Position numbers and translations under genes: made by a program
The notes under the pieces: model-generated
Databases searched by the model: none
The model's input: the letters and a program-made list of their open reading frames with translations, nothing else
Told to the model about the DNA's origin: nothing
In this document: piece after piece, positions 27,026 to 36,662 of the stretch
How positions within the stretch are numbered: the first letter of the stretch is position 1
Layout: each line of letters opens with the position of its first letter
From: Patescibacteria group bacterium
GTDB lineage: Bacteria; Patescibacteriota; Patescibacteriia; GWA2-46-9
Direction: 5' to 3'
Length of the DNA: 64,000 nt
NCBI GenBank assembly: GCA_041675205.1
Contig: JBAYUF010000005.1
Span: 6,159 to 70,158, forward strand

Positions 27026-27373
27026 ATGAAACATTACATGAAATTATCAGCAGAACCTTTTCAAAAAATTAAGAGCGGCTCCAAAGTAATAGAGTCACGA
27101 TTATATGATGACAAGAGAAAACTAATTTCGGTGGGCGATGAAATTGAATTTAGTGAGAATGAGTATCCAGAAAGTAAGGTATGCACGAAAGTTTTAGAAC
27201 TCCTACGTTATCCAACCTTCGCTGAGCTTTTTGCAGACAATAATCCGGTTCTATTCGGTGACAGCAGCAGAGATTCTCTTTTGAAAATAATTAGAAAGTA
27301 TTACTCCGACGACGACGAGAAAAAGTTTGGGGTGGTTGGCATTCGTATTGCTTTAGTTGACAAAACCGCATAA
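27026..27373 (+). CDS. ASCH-domain protein
   Basis: PUA-like ASCH pattern (F..I..G.K..E.R; GDEIEF). Confidence 0.5.
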   Translation: MKHYMKLSAEPFQKIKSGSKVIESRLYDDKRKLISVGDEIEFSENEYPESKVCTKVLELLRYPTFAELFADNNPVLFGDSSRDSLLKIIRKYYSDDDEKKFGVVGIRIALVDKTA

Positions 27374-27469
27374 ATTCAGTAGGTTTTCGCCGTACCCAAT
27401 CACGGGTACCAAAACCCTAGTTGCTTAAGGGTTGATGCCCTAGCAACACACAGAGAGGGGTTCTTTCAA

Positions 27470-28792
27470 ATGGTAGACATTCGAAATGTCACACGCGATG
27501 ACTTACCTGTTGTCGCCGAGATGATGCACGAGGCGCTCGATCCGTACTACGGAGGAGATCACCGTGCACACGCGAAACGTATCGTCGAAACCGCCGCAGA
27601 AGGGAGTGCGGATACGAAGGGGCATTTTTCAGCAGCGCAGATCATGTACGTGGCGGAAGAAGAAGGGCAGATTATCGGCCTTCTCAACTTCGTGGTCAAG
27701 CATCAAGGGACGCTGAAGGTCAGTCCGCTCATCGTCCTCGAAGCTGCGCGAGGGAAAGGCGTCGGTCGTCTTCTGTTGCAGAAAATGGAAGCGTACGCGA
27801 AGGAGTACGGTATTCGGCAGATTTACTGTACCGTTGCAGCTCAGAACAAGCTCGCGTTGTCGTACTTCCTCGGCCATGGCTTCATTCGGGCGGGCATGGC
27901 GCATGGACACTACCGGCCCAACGCAGACGAGTGCATGCTGTACAAAGTTGTTGAACATGGACCGCTTCCCGAGGAACGTCTCATCTCCGTGCTACCGATG
28001 ATTGACGACGAAAAACCGCAAGTGCGCGCGTTCGTCAAGGCTCGTCTTGCGCCATACTTCGAAGGCGTCGATGACCGGTGGATGGATGCTCTCTTCGCAG
28101 GGTACGCGCGCAAAGACAGTCGTGACCCCAATGAAAAGTACAAGATCATTTGGGTTGCCAAAGCATCCGACGGCACTGTCCTTGGTGTTGCCGCGGCCAC
28201 ACCGAAGAAGGGGGAGCCAATCAAGTTGATGCCACTCGTGGCAGAAGACATCCGGGCATTCTCAGCCCTCGTTGCGGAGCTCCCTGGTTTACTCCGCGAG
28301 TATGGGCATAAGCTCTACACGCATACCGTACCAACGAGTGTTGAAGCTGAGACGCTTCAGCACCATGGATGGCAGGTGGAAGCGATGATGCCCGAGGCAT
28401 ACAAATGTGGCGTGGTCACCCAACAATGGGGACTCGCACTAGAGGAGAAGGTTATGAAAACAATGCGAGTGAAGCGACAGTATTTCGACGCGATCATGGC
28501 TGGCACTAAGCCGATCGAAGCTCGCGTGGGGTACGACAACATCCGGCGGATCCAGGGCGGAGACAATATTCAGTTGGAATGTGGACGACTCTCGGGGGTC
28601 GTGCAAGTTGTCGACGTACGCGTCTACCGCACGTTCGAGGAGATGCTCCAGACGGAAAATGCTAGGAACATCGTTCCTGACAATCCGGTTGGCGCGCTGG
28701 AAGTTCTCCAGCACATCTATCCACCCGAGAAGGAAAAGCTTGGTGTCTACGTGTTTGAGCTGATGGTGCTGAGGGGTCCGGTTTCTCGGTAG
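27470..28792 (+). CDS. GNAT acetyltransferase fused to a C-terminal ASCH domain (high-GC gene)
   Basis: N-terminal GNAT motif ARGKGVGRLLL; C-terminal YFDAIMAGTKPIEAR ASCH pattern. About 60% GC. Confidence 0.55.
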   Translation: MVDIRNVTRDDLPVVAEMMHEALDPYYGGDHRAHAKRIVETAAEGSADTKGHFSAAQIMYVAEEEGQIIGLLNFVVKHQGTLKVSPLIVLEAARGKGVGRLLLQKMEAYAKEYGIRQIYCTVAAQNKLALSYFLGHGFIRAGMAHGHYRPNADECMLYKVVEHGPLPEERLISVLPMIDDEKPQVRAFVKARLAPYFEGVDDRWMDALFAGYARKDSRDPNEKYKIIWVAKASDGTVLGVAAATPKKGEPIKLMPLVAEDIRAFSALVAELPGLLREYGHKLYTHTVPTSVEAETLQHHGWQVEAMMPEAYKCGVVTQQWGLALEEKVMKTMRVKRQYFDAIMAGTKPIEARVGYDNIRRIQGGDNIQLECGRLSGVVQVVDVRVYRTFEEMLQTENARNIVPDNPVGALEVLQHIYPPEKEKLGVYVFELMVLRGPVSR

Positions 28793-28808
28793 GTCGGTTT
28801 CGTAGAGC

Positions 28809-28852
28809 GGGCGGTTATCAGTAATGGTAACCGCCCGCCAGTTTTTTCCTAC
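28809..28852 (+). terminator. intrinsic terminator (GCGGGCGGTTA...TAACCGCCCGC + T6)
   Basis: 11-bp perfect stem followed by TTTTTT. Confidence 0.75.
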
Positions 28853-28934
28853 CTTCCATGGACAGGATTTTTTCTTTTGTTAACTACAGCCTATTCGTAA
28901 AGTTTACAATGCGGTAGTCTGAACTCAATAGATT

Positions 28935-30068
28935 ATGCGTACAAATTCACAAGTTATATTAGGAGTGATTGTGGGCGCTGTTGTTGTTGCCGCCTTGGTT
29001 TATGCTTGGCAGCGTTTCGCAGTGTCTGACGAACCGCAGCCAATTAATTCAATTAATAAACTGGGCGAAGCCTTTCAGCAGGAGGGGAACCTTGTTAAAG
29101 ATGGTCCAGGCTTCAAGCCAGGTGTTTGGTATCTCATATATGAAGCGCCGGGGCAGCCGGGTTTGAGTGTTGAACTTTCTTTTGATGCAAATAGTACCTG
29201 TGTGATATTAGAAAAAAGCTCGGCTTGTCAGCTGTCCGATTTACAAATAGGGGACCGCGCAGCAGTGGAAGGCTATATCTTGGAATCGTTAGTGAATGTA
29301 GAAAAAATAATAGTGATTTCGCGAGCAGACCAAGTTCCGGATAAAAGCGATCTCATTCAAGCAACCATGCCTGTCGCAAATCAAGTCGTTGCCAGTCCGC
29401 TTGTGATTGCAGGAAAAGCGCGTGGCACCTGGTACTTCGAGGCATCATTTCCCGTAAGTTTGTATGACGCCAATAATAAACTTTTGGGGTCCACGCCTGC
29501 GCAAGCCGAGAGCGACTGGATGACGACGGAATTCGTGCCATTTAGGACAACGTTAACGTTTACGAAACCAACAACCGCAATCGGAACGTTAGTGCTTCAA
29601 AAAGATAATCCATCCGGCCTGCCAGAGCATGACGATGAGCTTCGCATTCCTGTTACGTTTTCAACGGCAACGCGACCCATAAAACTCTATTACTATAATC
29701 CCAATCTCGATAAAGACGGCAGCGGTAACATTTTATGTTCTGCCAACGGGTTAGTGTCTGTTGAGCGAGTAATTCCCGTTACCACAGTACCCATTCAAGA
29801 CACGGTTCGACAGCTGTTACGTGGGGACCTAACGGTTACGGAAAAAATACTGGGCATCTCAACCGAGTTTCCGCTGGCAGGTGTTGAGTTGGAGGGAGTG
29901 TCACTTTTGAACGGCGTCCTTACATTAAATTTCAGCGATCCTCAGAACAGGACGGGTGGCGGTTCTTGTCGGGTGGGCATTTTGTGGGCGCAAATTGAAG
30001 CTACTGCCAAGCAATTTCCCGAAGTGAAAAGTGTCCGTTTTACGCCAGAAGAGCTTTTTCAACCGTAA
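28935..30068 (+). CDS. membrane-anchored GerMN/Gmad2-like domain protein
   Basis: N-terminal TM; C-terminal GerMN-like segment (LLRGDLT...GVSLLNGVLTLNFSD). Confidence 0.5.
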   Translation: MRTNSQVILGVIVGAVVVAALVYAWQRFAVSDEPQPINSINKLGEAFQQEGNLVKDGPGFKPGVWYLIYEAPGQPGLSVELSFDANSTCVILEKSSACQLSDLQIGDRAAVEGYILESLVNVEKIIVISRADQVPDKSDLIQATMPVANQVVASPLVIAGKARGTWYFEASFPVSLYDANNKLLGSTPAQAESDWMTTEFVPFRTTLTFTKPTTAIGTLVLQKDNPSGLPEHDDELRIPVTFSTATRPIKLYYYNPNLDKDGSGNILCSANGLVSVERVIPVTTVPIQDTVRQLLRGDLTVTEKILGISTEFPLAGVELEGVSLLNGVLTLNFSDPQNRTGGGSCRVGILWAQIEATAKQFPEVKSVRFTPEELFQP

Positions 30069-30090
30069 TATTTTTCCATAAACTCAGTTT

Positions 30091-30753
30091 ATGGAAATCG
30101 ACGAATTACAACCTATTGCAGGTGAAAAGAAGTATATAATTTTCGATCTTTCTGAAGTTTTATTAACGGGCATTAAAGATACTGGTTTAGCGCTTGCTGA
30201 GAAGCATCAACTGAGCGTTGCAAAAGAGCATACCGCCGCATGGACTCACCACGCGACACCCTTGTTGACGCCGTTAGTAAAGGAATTTTTCAATGGGAAC
30301 GTGAGCGAAGATGAATACATCAACGAAGTTCTCGCCACCTATCCGCAACTTGGTGAGGCTGAGTCACTGAAGCAACATATTAGAAATAACTTTAAGGAAG
30401 TCGAAGGAACGAGGGATATTATTATAAATCTAAAAACATCAGGTTACACGCTGGCTCTATTCTCCGTCCATGCGAAAGAATGGGTGGACTATTGTGAACA
30501 GAAATTTAACTATCATGACCTGTTTGATGTGCGTGTTTATTCCTATGAAGACAAGGTTTCTAAACCAGATCCTGTTTCATTCCAAAAAGTACTTTCACGT
30601 CTCGCAGCTGATCCAGCAGAGTGCCTCTTTATCGACGATTCAGTGTTCAATATTGAAGCCGCAAGAAATTTAGGCATTCATTCTATTTTATTCACAACGG
30701 CCGATGAGCTGCAGAGTGAGTTGAGGATAATGCTGCCAGATCTCGCACCATAG
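30091..30753 (+). CDS. HAD-superfamily hydrolase
   Basis: N-terminal IIFDLSEVL (motif I variant) and C-terminal LFIDDS (motif IV). Confidence 0.5.
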   Translation: MEIDELQPIAGEKKYIIFDLSEVLLTGIKDTGLALAEKHQLSVAKEHTAAWTHHATPLLTPLVKEFFNGNVSEDEYINEVLATYPQLGEAESLKQHIRNNFKEVEGTRDIIINLKTSGYTLALFSVHAKEWVDYCEQKFNYHDLFDVRVYSYEDKVSKPDPVSFQKVLSRLAADPAECLFIDDSVFNIEAARNLGIHSILFTTADELQSELRIMLPDLAP

Positions 30754-30824
30754 TGCGCCATTTATACCAGTTTTGCTGTTTTGCGAACCACGACCTACAG
30801 AAGAGAACATGATAAACTTCAATT

Positions 30825-32591
30825 ATGAACGCTGAACAACAGGGCGTTAATTTTACATCCTGGCAACTAATTAAGGATATTTTTCAACTGACTAAGCCTT
30901 ATAAGTTTAGGTTTATTGTCGCGTCGTTAATTAGAGTAGCGGGCGACCTTGCGCAACTTTATCCGGCGTTTGCTTTTGCCTCTACTGTTGTATTTCTGAC
31001 TCACTATAGTGCCGGGCAGTCGCTAACTCCTTTATGGGTGATTATAGGTTTATGGTTTGGGGCAACAATAATTCGAGCACTCAGTCAGTTTTTCTCGAAA
31101 TTTAGCGGCTACTGGATTGCTGAAAGAGTCGCCTTAGACGTTACCTTAAAAGCAGTTCAGCACCTGTTTCTTCTTGATATGGTGTGGCATGAGCGAGAGA
31201 ATTCCGGAAATAAAATAAAGAGGGTTCAGAATGCCGCAGATGCCTACACTAAGATTTTACGTCTTTGGTTTAACAGCATTATTGAGGTTATTGTAAACCT
31301 TGTTGCCATCAGCATAATCATTTCACGGTTTGACCATACGGTATTAGGGGTATTAATAGTTTTTTTGATTAGCTACTTCATTATCTCCGCAATCATGACC
31401 CGAAGGGCGGGGAATGCATCGTATGCGGTGAACGCCCGTGAGGAAGATGTGAACGGATTGTTATTTGAAGCAATCAATAATATCCGAACAGTTAAGGTCA
31501 TGGCCATGGCGAAAACGTTATATGCAACGATTGTAAAGGGTACCGAAGCTTTGTTTGGCAAGATACTCATACGAATCTTTTGGTATCAATCAAGAAATTC
31601 CTTCCTCTCGTTTTGGGCAGCAGCATTTAAAATTGGCATCATTGTAATAATCGTCAAAGGCATTATGGTGGGCAACTATGAAATAGGATTTCTCATTTTG
31701 TTCAATAGTTATTTTTCAGATTTGAGGGAGTCAATTGATGAACTTTCTGTCGCGAGCGTAGATTTTGTAACCTCACGTTTTAGTATAGCGAGAATGAGGA
31801 CCATTCTAGACGAACCAGTGACGATAGATGATGAAAATAAAAAAAATATACTTCCCACAGAGTGGCAAAAAATTGTATTGAAGAATGTATCGTTTGCCTA
31901 TGGCGAGAATGAAGTTCTGAATGACATATCCTTTGAAGTACGACGTGGGGAAAAAGTTGGCATTGTTGGACTTTCCGGAGCCGGAAAATCAACATTGTTT
32001 AAACTGCTTCTTAAAGAGCGAGAAGATTATAGTGGCGATGTCTTCTTTGACGATTTATCAATTAAATTAATTAGCAAAATTGACTACTTCAAACATGTTT
32101 CCGTTGTGCTTCAGGATACAGAGGTTTTCAACTTTTCTCTCAAAGATAACATTACAATCACAAATAATAAGAAGAAAACAAATCAAAAATTACTGCAACA
32201 GGCGCTCACAACCGCCCACATGGCTGAGGTGGTTAACAAACTCCCCAACGGCCTAGATACGATTATAGGAGAAAAAGGCGTGAAACTTTCCGGTGGGGAA
32301 AGACAGCGGTTGGGTATCGCTCGAGCGGTGTTTAAGGAGCCACAAATTCTCCTTCTCGATGAAGCTACTTCACACTTAGATTTGGAATCAGAACAGAAAA
32401 TTCGTGATTCGCTACACAAGTTTTTTGAAAATGTAACTGCAATTGTCATCGCCCATAGGCTCACAACAATTAAAGAGATGGACAAAATATTAGTTATTGA
32501 AGACGGAAAAATTGTCGAAAGCGGCACTTTTGACGAACTTCAGGCACGCGGCGGTAGATTCCGAGAACTGTGGGATAAACAGAAATTGTAA
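30825..32591 (+). CDS. ABC exporter, fused permease/ATP-binding protein
   Basis: Six TM helices followed by Walker A GLSGAGKST, signature LSGGERQR and Walker B LLLDEATS. Confidence 0.85.
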   Translation: MNAEQQGVNFTSWQLIKDIFQLTKPYKFRFIVASLIRVAGDLAQLYPAFAFASTVVFLTHYSAGQSLTPLWVIIGLWFGATIIRALSQFFSKFSGYWIAERVALDVTLKAVQHLFLLDMVWHERENSGNKIKRVQNAADAYTKILRLWFNSIIEVIVNLVAISIIISRFDHTVLGVLIVFLISYFIISAIMTRRAGNASYAVNAREEDVNGLLFEAINNIRTVKVMAMAKTLYATIVKGTEALFGKILIRIFWYQSRNSFLSFWAAAFKIGIIVIIVKGIMVGNYEIGFLILFNSYFSDLRESIDELSVASVDFVTSRFSIARMRTILDEPVTIDDENKKNILPTEWQKIVLKNVSFAYGENEVLNDISFEVRRGEKVGIVGLSGAGKSTLFKLLLKEREDYSGDVFFDDLSIKLISKIDYFKHVSVVLQDTEVFNFSLKDNITITNNKKKTNQKLLQQALTTAHMAEVVNKLPNGLDTIIGEKGVKLSGGERQRLGIARAVFKEPQILLLDEATSHLDLESEQKIRDSLHKFFENVTAIVIAHRLTTIKEMDKILVIEDGKIVESGTFDELQARGGRFRELWDKQKL

Positions 32592-32796
32592 ATTACGTCG
32601 TAGCGTTTTTGCTCTACATGTGCGAAAATTAAACTGAACAGAGTAGAATATAATGGCACGCTAGACTCGTTTCGGGAGAATAAGAAATTCACGAGAAGTT
32701 TAATAGGGGCTGTTTGAAGTTAACTGTGATAAACTCAAAATGAAGATTTTATAATGGTAGTATTTATATTGTTTAATACATTCATAGCGAGTATAT

Positions 32797-33183
32797 ATGG
32801 ATACAACGATTTTCCTCGCCAAGATATGGGGACCTGTTATCTTAGCTGTTGGGCTTGGCGTTTTTGTGAGTCGTAGCTACTACATTAAAATATATAGAGA
32901 CTTAGAAAAGGAAACGCTCGCTGTGCTTATCTTTGGCATGGTAGGGATGGCCGCCGGTATTGCCCAGGTACTTTCGCATAACGTTTGGGGCACACTTTCA
33001 CAAATTATTATCAGCCTGCTCGGCTGGGGGCTACTTATTAAAGGTTTAACATTTGCCATTACTCCTCGAATCGTTGATTGGAGCGGCAATTTGGTTAGCA
33101 ACACCAAGCTGATTTCTTTCGTGGGAGTATTCACTCTTGTAGTTGGTGCGTATCTCTCCTCGGTTGGTTATTTCGGTTTTTAG
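32797..33183 (+). CDS. hypothetical membrane protein
   Basis: Four predicted TM helices and no other motif. Confidence 0.4.
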   Translation: MDTTIFLAKIWGPVILAVGLGVFVSRSYYIKIYRDLEKETLAVLIFGMVGMAAGIAQVLSHNVWGTLSQIIISLLGWGLLIKGLTFAITPRIVDWSGNLVSNTKLISFVGVFTLVVGAYLSSVGYFGF

Positions 33184-33207
33184 CTATAAAGCAAAGAGCT
33201 ACATTGC

Positions 33208-33624
33208 GTGATGTCTTTTTTATCTGAAAGAACATGGGCACGACACGCTAACCCATGGAGCGGATGGACGCGGGTGCTGACTATGCCTGTGCTTGCCGCA
33301 GGACTCTACAGGCATAGTTTTTTAATTCTTGGAGCGGCGGTGGTTTGGATGGTAATTAATCCGATGGTTTTTTCGAAACCAAAAAGAGTAAATAACTGGA
33401 TGAGCAAGGGAGTACTTGGTGAGCAACGGTACTACCGAGAGGGAAAGAAATTTAAAAGGGATTTACCAACATTATTGAACGTTATCAACGTTCCTGTTTT
33501 TGTTTCTTTTTTGTACTTTGGTTGGCAACAAGAGTTTGTGCCGATGATTCAGGCGGGTCTACTCACCATGACTATTAAGTTCTGGTTTATTGATCGGATG
33601 TATCGTTTGGCTGATGAGGTTTAG
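33208..33624 (+). CDS. hypothetical membrane protein
   Basis: Hydrophobic helices. Confidence 0.4.
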   Translation: MMSFLSERTWARHANPWSGWTRVLTMPVLAAGLYRHSFLILGAAVVWMVINPMVFSKPKRVNNWMSKGVLGEQRYYREGKKFKRDLPTLLNVINVPVFVSFLYFGWQQEFVPMIQAGLLTMTIKFWFIDRMYRLADEV

Positions 33625-33810
33625 TAAGTCAACGTATGAAGCTATAACGCGCAAGCCCCAGTCAAAAAAGTTCTGCTCATGAGGGCGAAACTTTTGTTAT
33701 CCTCATATTCTAAAATGTAAAGTCAACTTGACATACAAATTGTGAAGGTTTACGCTAAGGACAGTATTCAAAGTGTCTCTTGGTTCACTTGAGACGCTGC
33801 TAATAATTTT

Positions 33811-34398
33811 ATGAATAACAAAATAATCGCAATTGCAGTTACCGCGCTTGTCGTGATTGGTGGTGTCATTATGTACGCCAACCGCCCAGGTACAGCACCC
33901 GTAGACACGTCCGATAGCATGATGAATGAGGATAGTAACGTACCGGCTGACGCTATGATGGGCGACGAGGCAACAGAAGAAGGAGAAAAAATGATGCTCG
34001 ACGACGGCACGTCAAAAGACAAAAATAGCATGATGGAGCAAAAGGATGATAGCGCCATGATGAAGTCATCGGCTGGAACTTACGTCGACTTTTCCCCAGA
34101 AGTTTTAGCGGCGGCGCAAAACGAACAAAAAGAGGGACGTAAAATTGTACTCTTTTTTCACGCAGCATGGTGCCCTTTTTGTATAGCGGCGGACAAGGAT
34201 TTTCGTGAGACGCTTGCAATGAATAGTTTTCCAGCCAATGTGACGCTCATAAAAACTGATTACGATACGCAAAAGGAGCTAAAGAAGAAATACGGCGTAA
34301 CCAATCAACACACTTTTGTGCAAATCGATTCAAACGGCAATCAGATTACAAAGTGGGTGAGTGGGGAAACTGCGTCGCTCATTGCTAACGTTCGGTAG
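33811..34398 (+). CDS. membrane-anchored thioredoxin-like protein with Met-rich low-complexity linker
   Basis: WCPFC active site; Met-rich region between the TM anchor and the Trx domain (MMNEDS..MMGDE..KMMLDD..SMMEQKDDSAMMKS). Confidence 0.6.
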   Translation: MNNKIIAIAVTALVVIGGVIMYANRPGTAPVDTSDSMMNEDSNVPADAMMGDEATEEGEKMMLDDGTSKDKNSMMEQKDDSAMMKSSAGTYVDFSPEVLAAAQNEQKEGRKIVLFFHAAWCPFCIAADKDFRETLAMNSFPANVTLIKTDYDTQKELKKKYGVTNQHTFVQIDSNGNQITKWVSGETASLIANVR

Positions 34399-34415
34399 TC
34401 GTTCAACAGATTTCT

Positions 34416-36041
34416 ATGGTACATATTGCCCTTGCATTCGTTGCCGGCGTCTTAACCATAGCGGCGCCGTGTATTCTCCTGCCTCTGCCAATTATCTTTG
34501 GTGGCTCTGTCGGAGTGAGAAGTAAAACCCGGCCGTTGTTTATCACGTTAGGATTCGTGGTCAGCTTTTCGGTGGTGGCCTTGCTGATCTCCTATTTAAC
34601 GCAGCACCTCGGGCTTGATCCGAACACATTGCGTACGGCCGCCGTCGTGTTGCTTGGGGCCTTTGCATTGTTCATGATTTGGCCGACGCCGTTTGAGCGG
34701 CTCATGGCGCACTTCAGTGGGTTACTGAATCGAGCAGCAGTGATGGGACAGCAAACAGGACAAGGAAACCTTGGCGGGTTTGTACTCGGTATGATTATTG
34801 GGATTTTGTGGGCTCCTTGTGCTGGCCCAATTCTCGGGTCCATATTGACGCTGGTCGCTTTGCAAGAGAATCTCGGCGAAGCAAGCCTGCTGTTGGTTGC
34901 CTATGCAGTTGGTGCTGGTTTACCTATGCTGGCAATTGCGTATGGAGGACAGGCACTAACGACAAAAATTAAGAGTATATCCAAGTACGCACAGCGATTG
35001 CAGCAGGGTTTCGGTATCATTCTTTTACTTTTGGCCACAGCTGTTTATTTTCAATACGATACGGTTGTTCAGGCCGCCTTGGTCAAGCGACTGCCTGTAT
35101 TTAGTGTGACGCTTGAAGAAAAACTTACGTCAGCCTTTTCTCCTGCAGCACCTGGTACGAAGAACGATTACGGCGCTGCACCGGATTTTGTCGGCATAGC
35201 GAACTGGCTAAACACTGATCCTCTAAAAATCGCCGATTTGCGCGGCAAGGTTGTCCTTGTCGATTTCTGGACCTATAGCTGCATTAACTGTATTCGTACT
35301 TTACCGTACATTACAAAGTGGTATGACAAATACCAGGACGAGGGTCTTGTCATTGTGGGTGTGCATACCCCTGAATTTGCATTCGAAGAAAATACCAATA
35401 ACGTGGCTACTGCTTTGGTGCAGCACGGAATTAGGTATCCTGTGGCTCAAGATAATGATTATCAAACCTGGCGGGCGTACAACAATCGCTACTGGCCTGC
35501 TAAGTATCTCATTGACCAAAATGGACGCATTGTTTACACCCATTTTGGTGAAGGAAACTATGAGGAGACAGAGGCGGCAATTCGGTCGTTGCTAGGACTT
35601 AGTTCGGTCGATGGCGAAGAAGAAAAGCCTCGCGCTAGCAGTAAGTCCCCGGAAATGTATTTGGGAACTGATCGCATTGCGAACCTAGCACCCCAGCAAA
35701 AACCATCGGCTGATGCAGCAACGTACATTTTACCCCCATCGCTACTACTCAATCAGTTTGCACTGGCGGGGGAGTGGCGATTTAGTCCGGAGTTTGTATC
35801 GACGGTGGCACCTGGTGCTCGTGTGCGTTTACGATTTAACGCTGGTAAAGTTTTTATGGTTGCTAGCGCATCGAAACCAGCAACCATCTCGGTGCTGGTC
35901 GACGACGAGCCGCAACCCGATGTTGTTGTTAGCGCCGCAACACTGTATACATTATTTGATTCGGATGATTATCGTGAACATACCCTTGAGTTCATTGTCC
36001 CAGAGTCTGGTTTTGAACTCTTTACGTTTACCTTCGGATAG
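34416..36041 (+). CDS. CcdA/DsbD-type transmembrane disulfide-transfer domain fused to a TlpA-like thioredoxin domain
   Basis: Multi-TM N-terminal half with a conserved Cys pair; FWTYSCINC thioredoxin CxxC motif. Confidence 0.65.
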   Translation: MVHIALAFVAGVLTIAAPCILLPLPIIFGGSVGVRSKTRPLFITLGFVVSFSVVALLISYLTQHLGLDPNTLRTAAVVLLGAFALFMIWPTPFERLMAHFSGLLNRAAVMGQQTGQGNLGGFVLGMIIGILWAPCAGPILGSILTLVALQENLGEASLLLVAYAVGAGLPMLAIAYGGQALTTKIKSISKYAQRLQQGFGIILLLLATAVYFQYDTVVQAALVKRLPVFSVTLEEKLTSAFSPAAPGTKNDYGAAPDFVGIANWLNTDPLKIADLRGKVVLVDFWTYSCINCIRTLPYITKWYDKYQDEGLVIVGVHTPEFAFEENTNNVATALVQHGIRYPVAQDNDYQTWRAYNNRYWPAKYLIDQNGRIVYTHFGEGNYEETEAAIRSLLGLSSVDGEEEKPRASSKSPEMYLGTDRIANLAPQQKPSADAATYILPPSLLLNQFALAGEWRFSPEFVSTVAPGARVRLRFNAGKVFMVASASKPATISVLVDDEPQPDVVVSAATLYTLFDSDDYREHTLEFIVPESGFELFTFTFG

Positions 36042-36046
36042 TCGTT

Positions 36047-36247
36047 ATGCCTGTGTATAATGACATCAAGAAAATGAGGATGGCCAAAGGTATCACGCAA
36101 GATGAATTGGCAACTGCAGCTGGCGTCTCTCGTCAAACGATTGTGGCTATAGAGAAGGGGAACTATACACCCTCGCTCCTACTTGCCATGGACTTGGCCC
36201 ACATTTTTAAGGTGCCGGTCGAAAGGCTTTTTAGTATAAAAAAATAG
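36047..36247 (+). CDS. XRE-family helix-turn-helix transcriptional regulator
   Basis: ITQDELATAAGVSRQTIVAIEKG HTH. Confidence 0.75.
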   Translation: MPVYNDIKKMRMAKGITQDELATAAGVSRQTIVAIEKGNYTPSLLLAMDLAHIFKVPVERLFSIKK

Positions 36248-36249
36248 TT

Positions 36250-36612
36250 ATGAAAATAATTTATTACAATCTGTTCCTTCTGATTTTCTTTATACTTTTT
36301 GCAGGTTTTTTGATGAGTACCCCCATGGCAACAATGAGTATGACTGAGGGCGTGACCATCGCTATCGTACTCGGTTTGTATGTTGTAGCGATGTCGCTTG
36401 TTGGTGAGGGCAAAGTTGTTGATGAACGAGGAATGCTTCACCGATACCTAGCCAATCGTTGGGCTCTTGTGTCCGGAACGACCGTGTTAACCCTCGGAGT
36501 CGTATATCAGCTATTTGTCAGTCATGAACTCGACTACTGGCTACTCAGCACCTTAATTGCTATTAATGTCGTCAAAATTGTCGGTCTAATATATTCTGAG
36601 TACCGGCGATAA
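36250..36612 (+). CDS. small membrane protein co-transcribed with the XRE regulator
   Basis: Three or four TM helices, 3 nt after the XRE stop. Confidence 0.45.
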   Translation: MKIIYYNLFLLIFFILFAGFLMSTPMATMSMTEGVTIAIVLGLYVVAMSLVGEGKVVDERGMLHRYLANRWALVSGTTVLTLGVVYQLFVSHELDYWLLSTLIAINVVKIVGLIYSEYRR

Positions 36613-36662
36613 ACACTTCTGAGTTACTAGATTTTTTTAAATTCTAATGTGCTCACGCTGTG

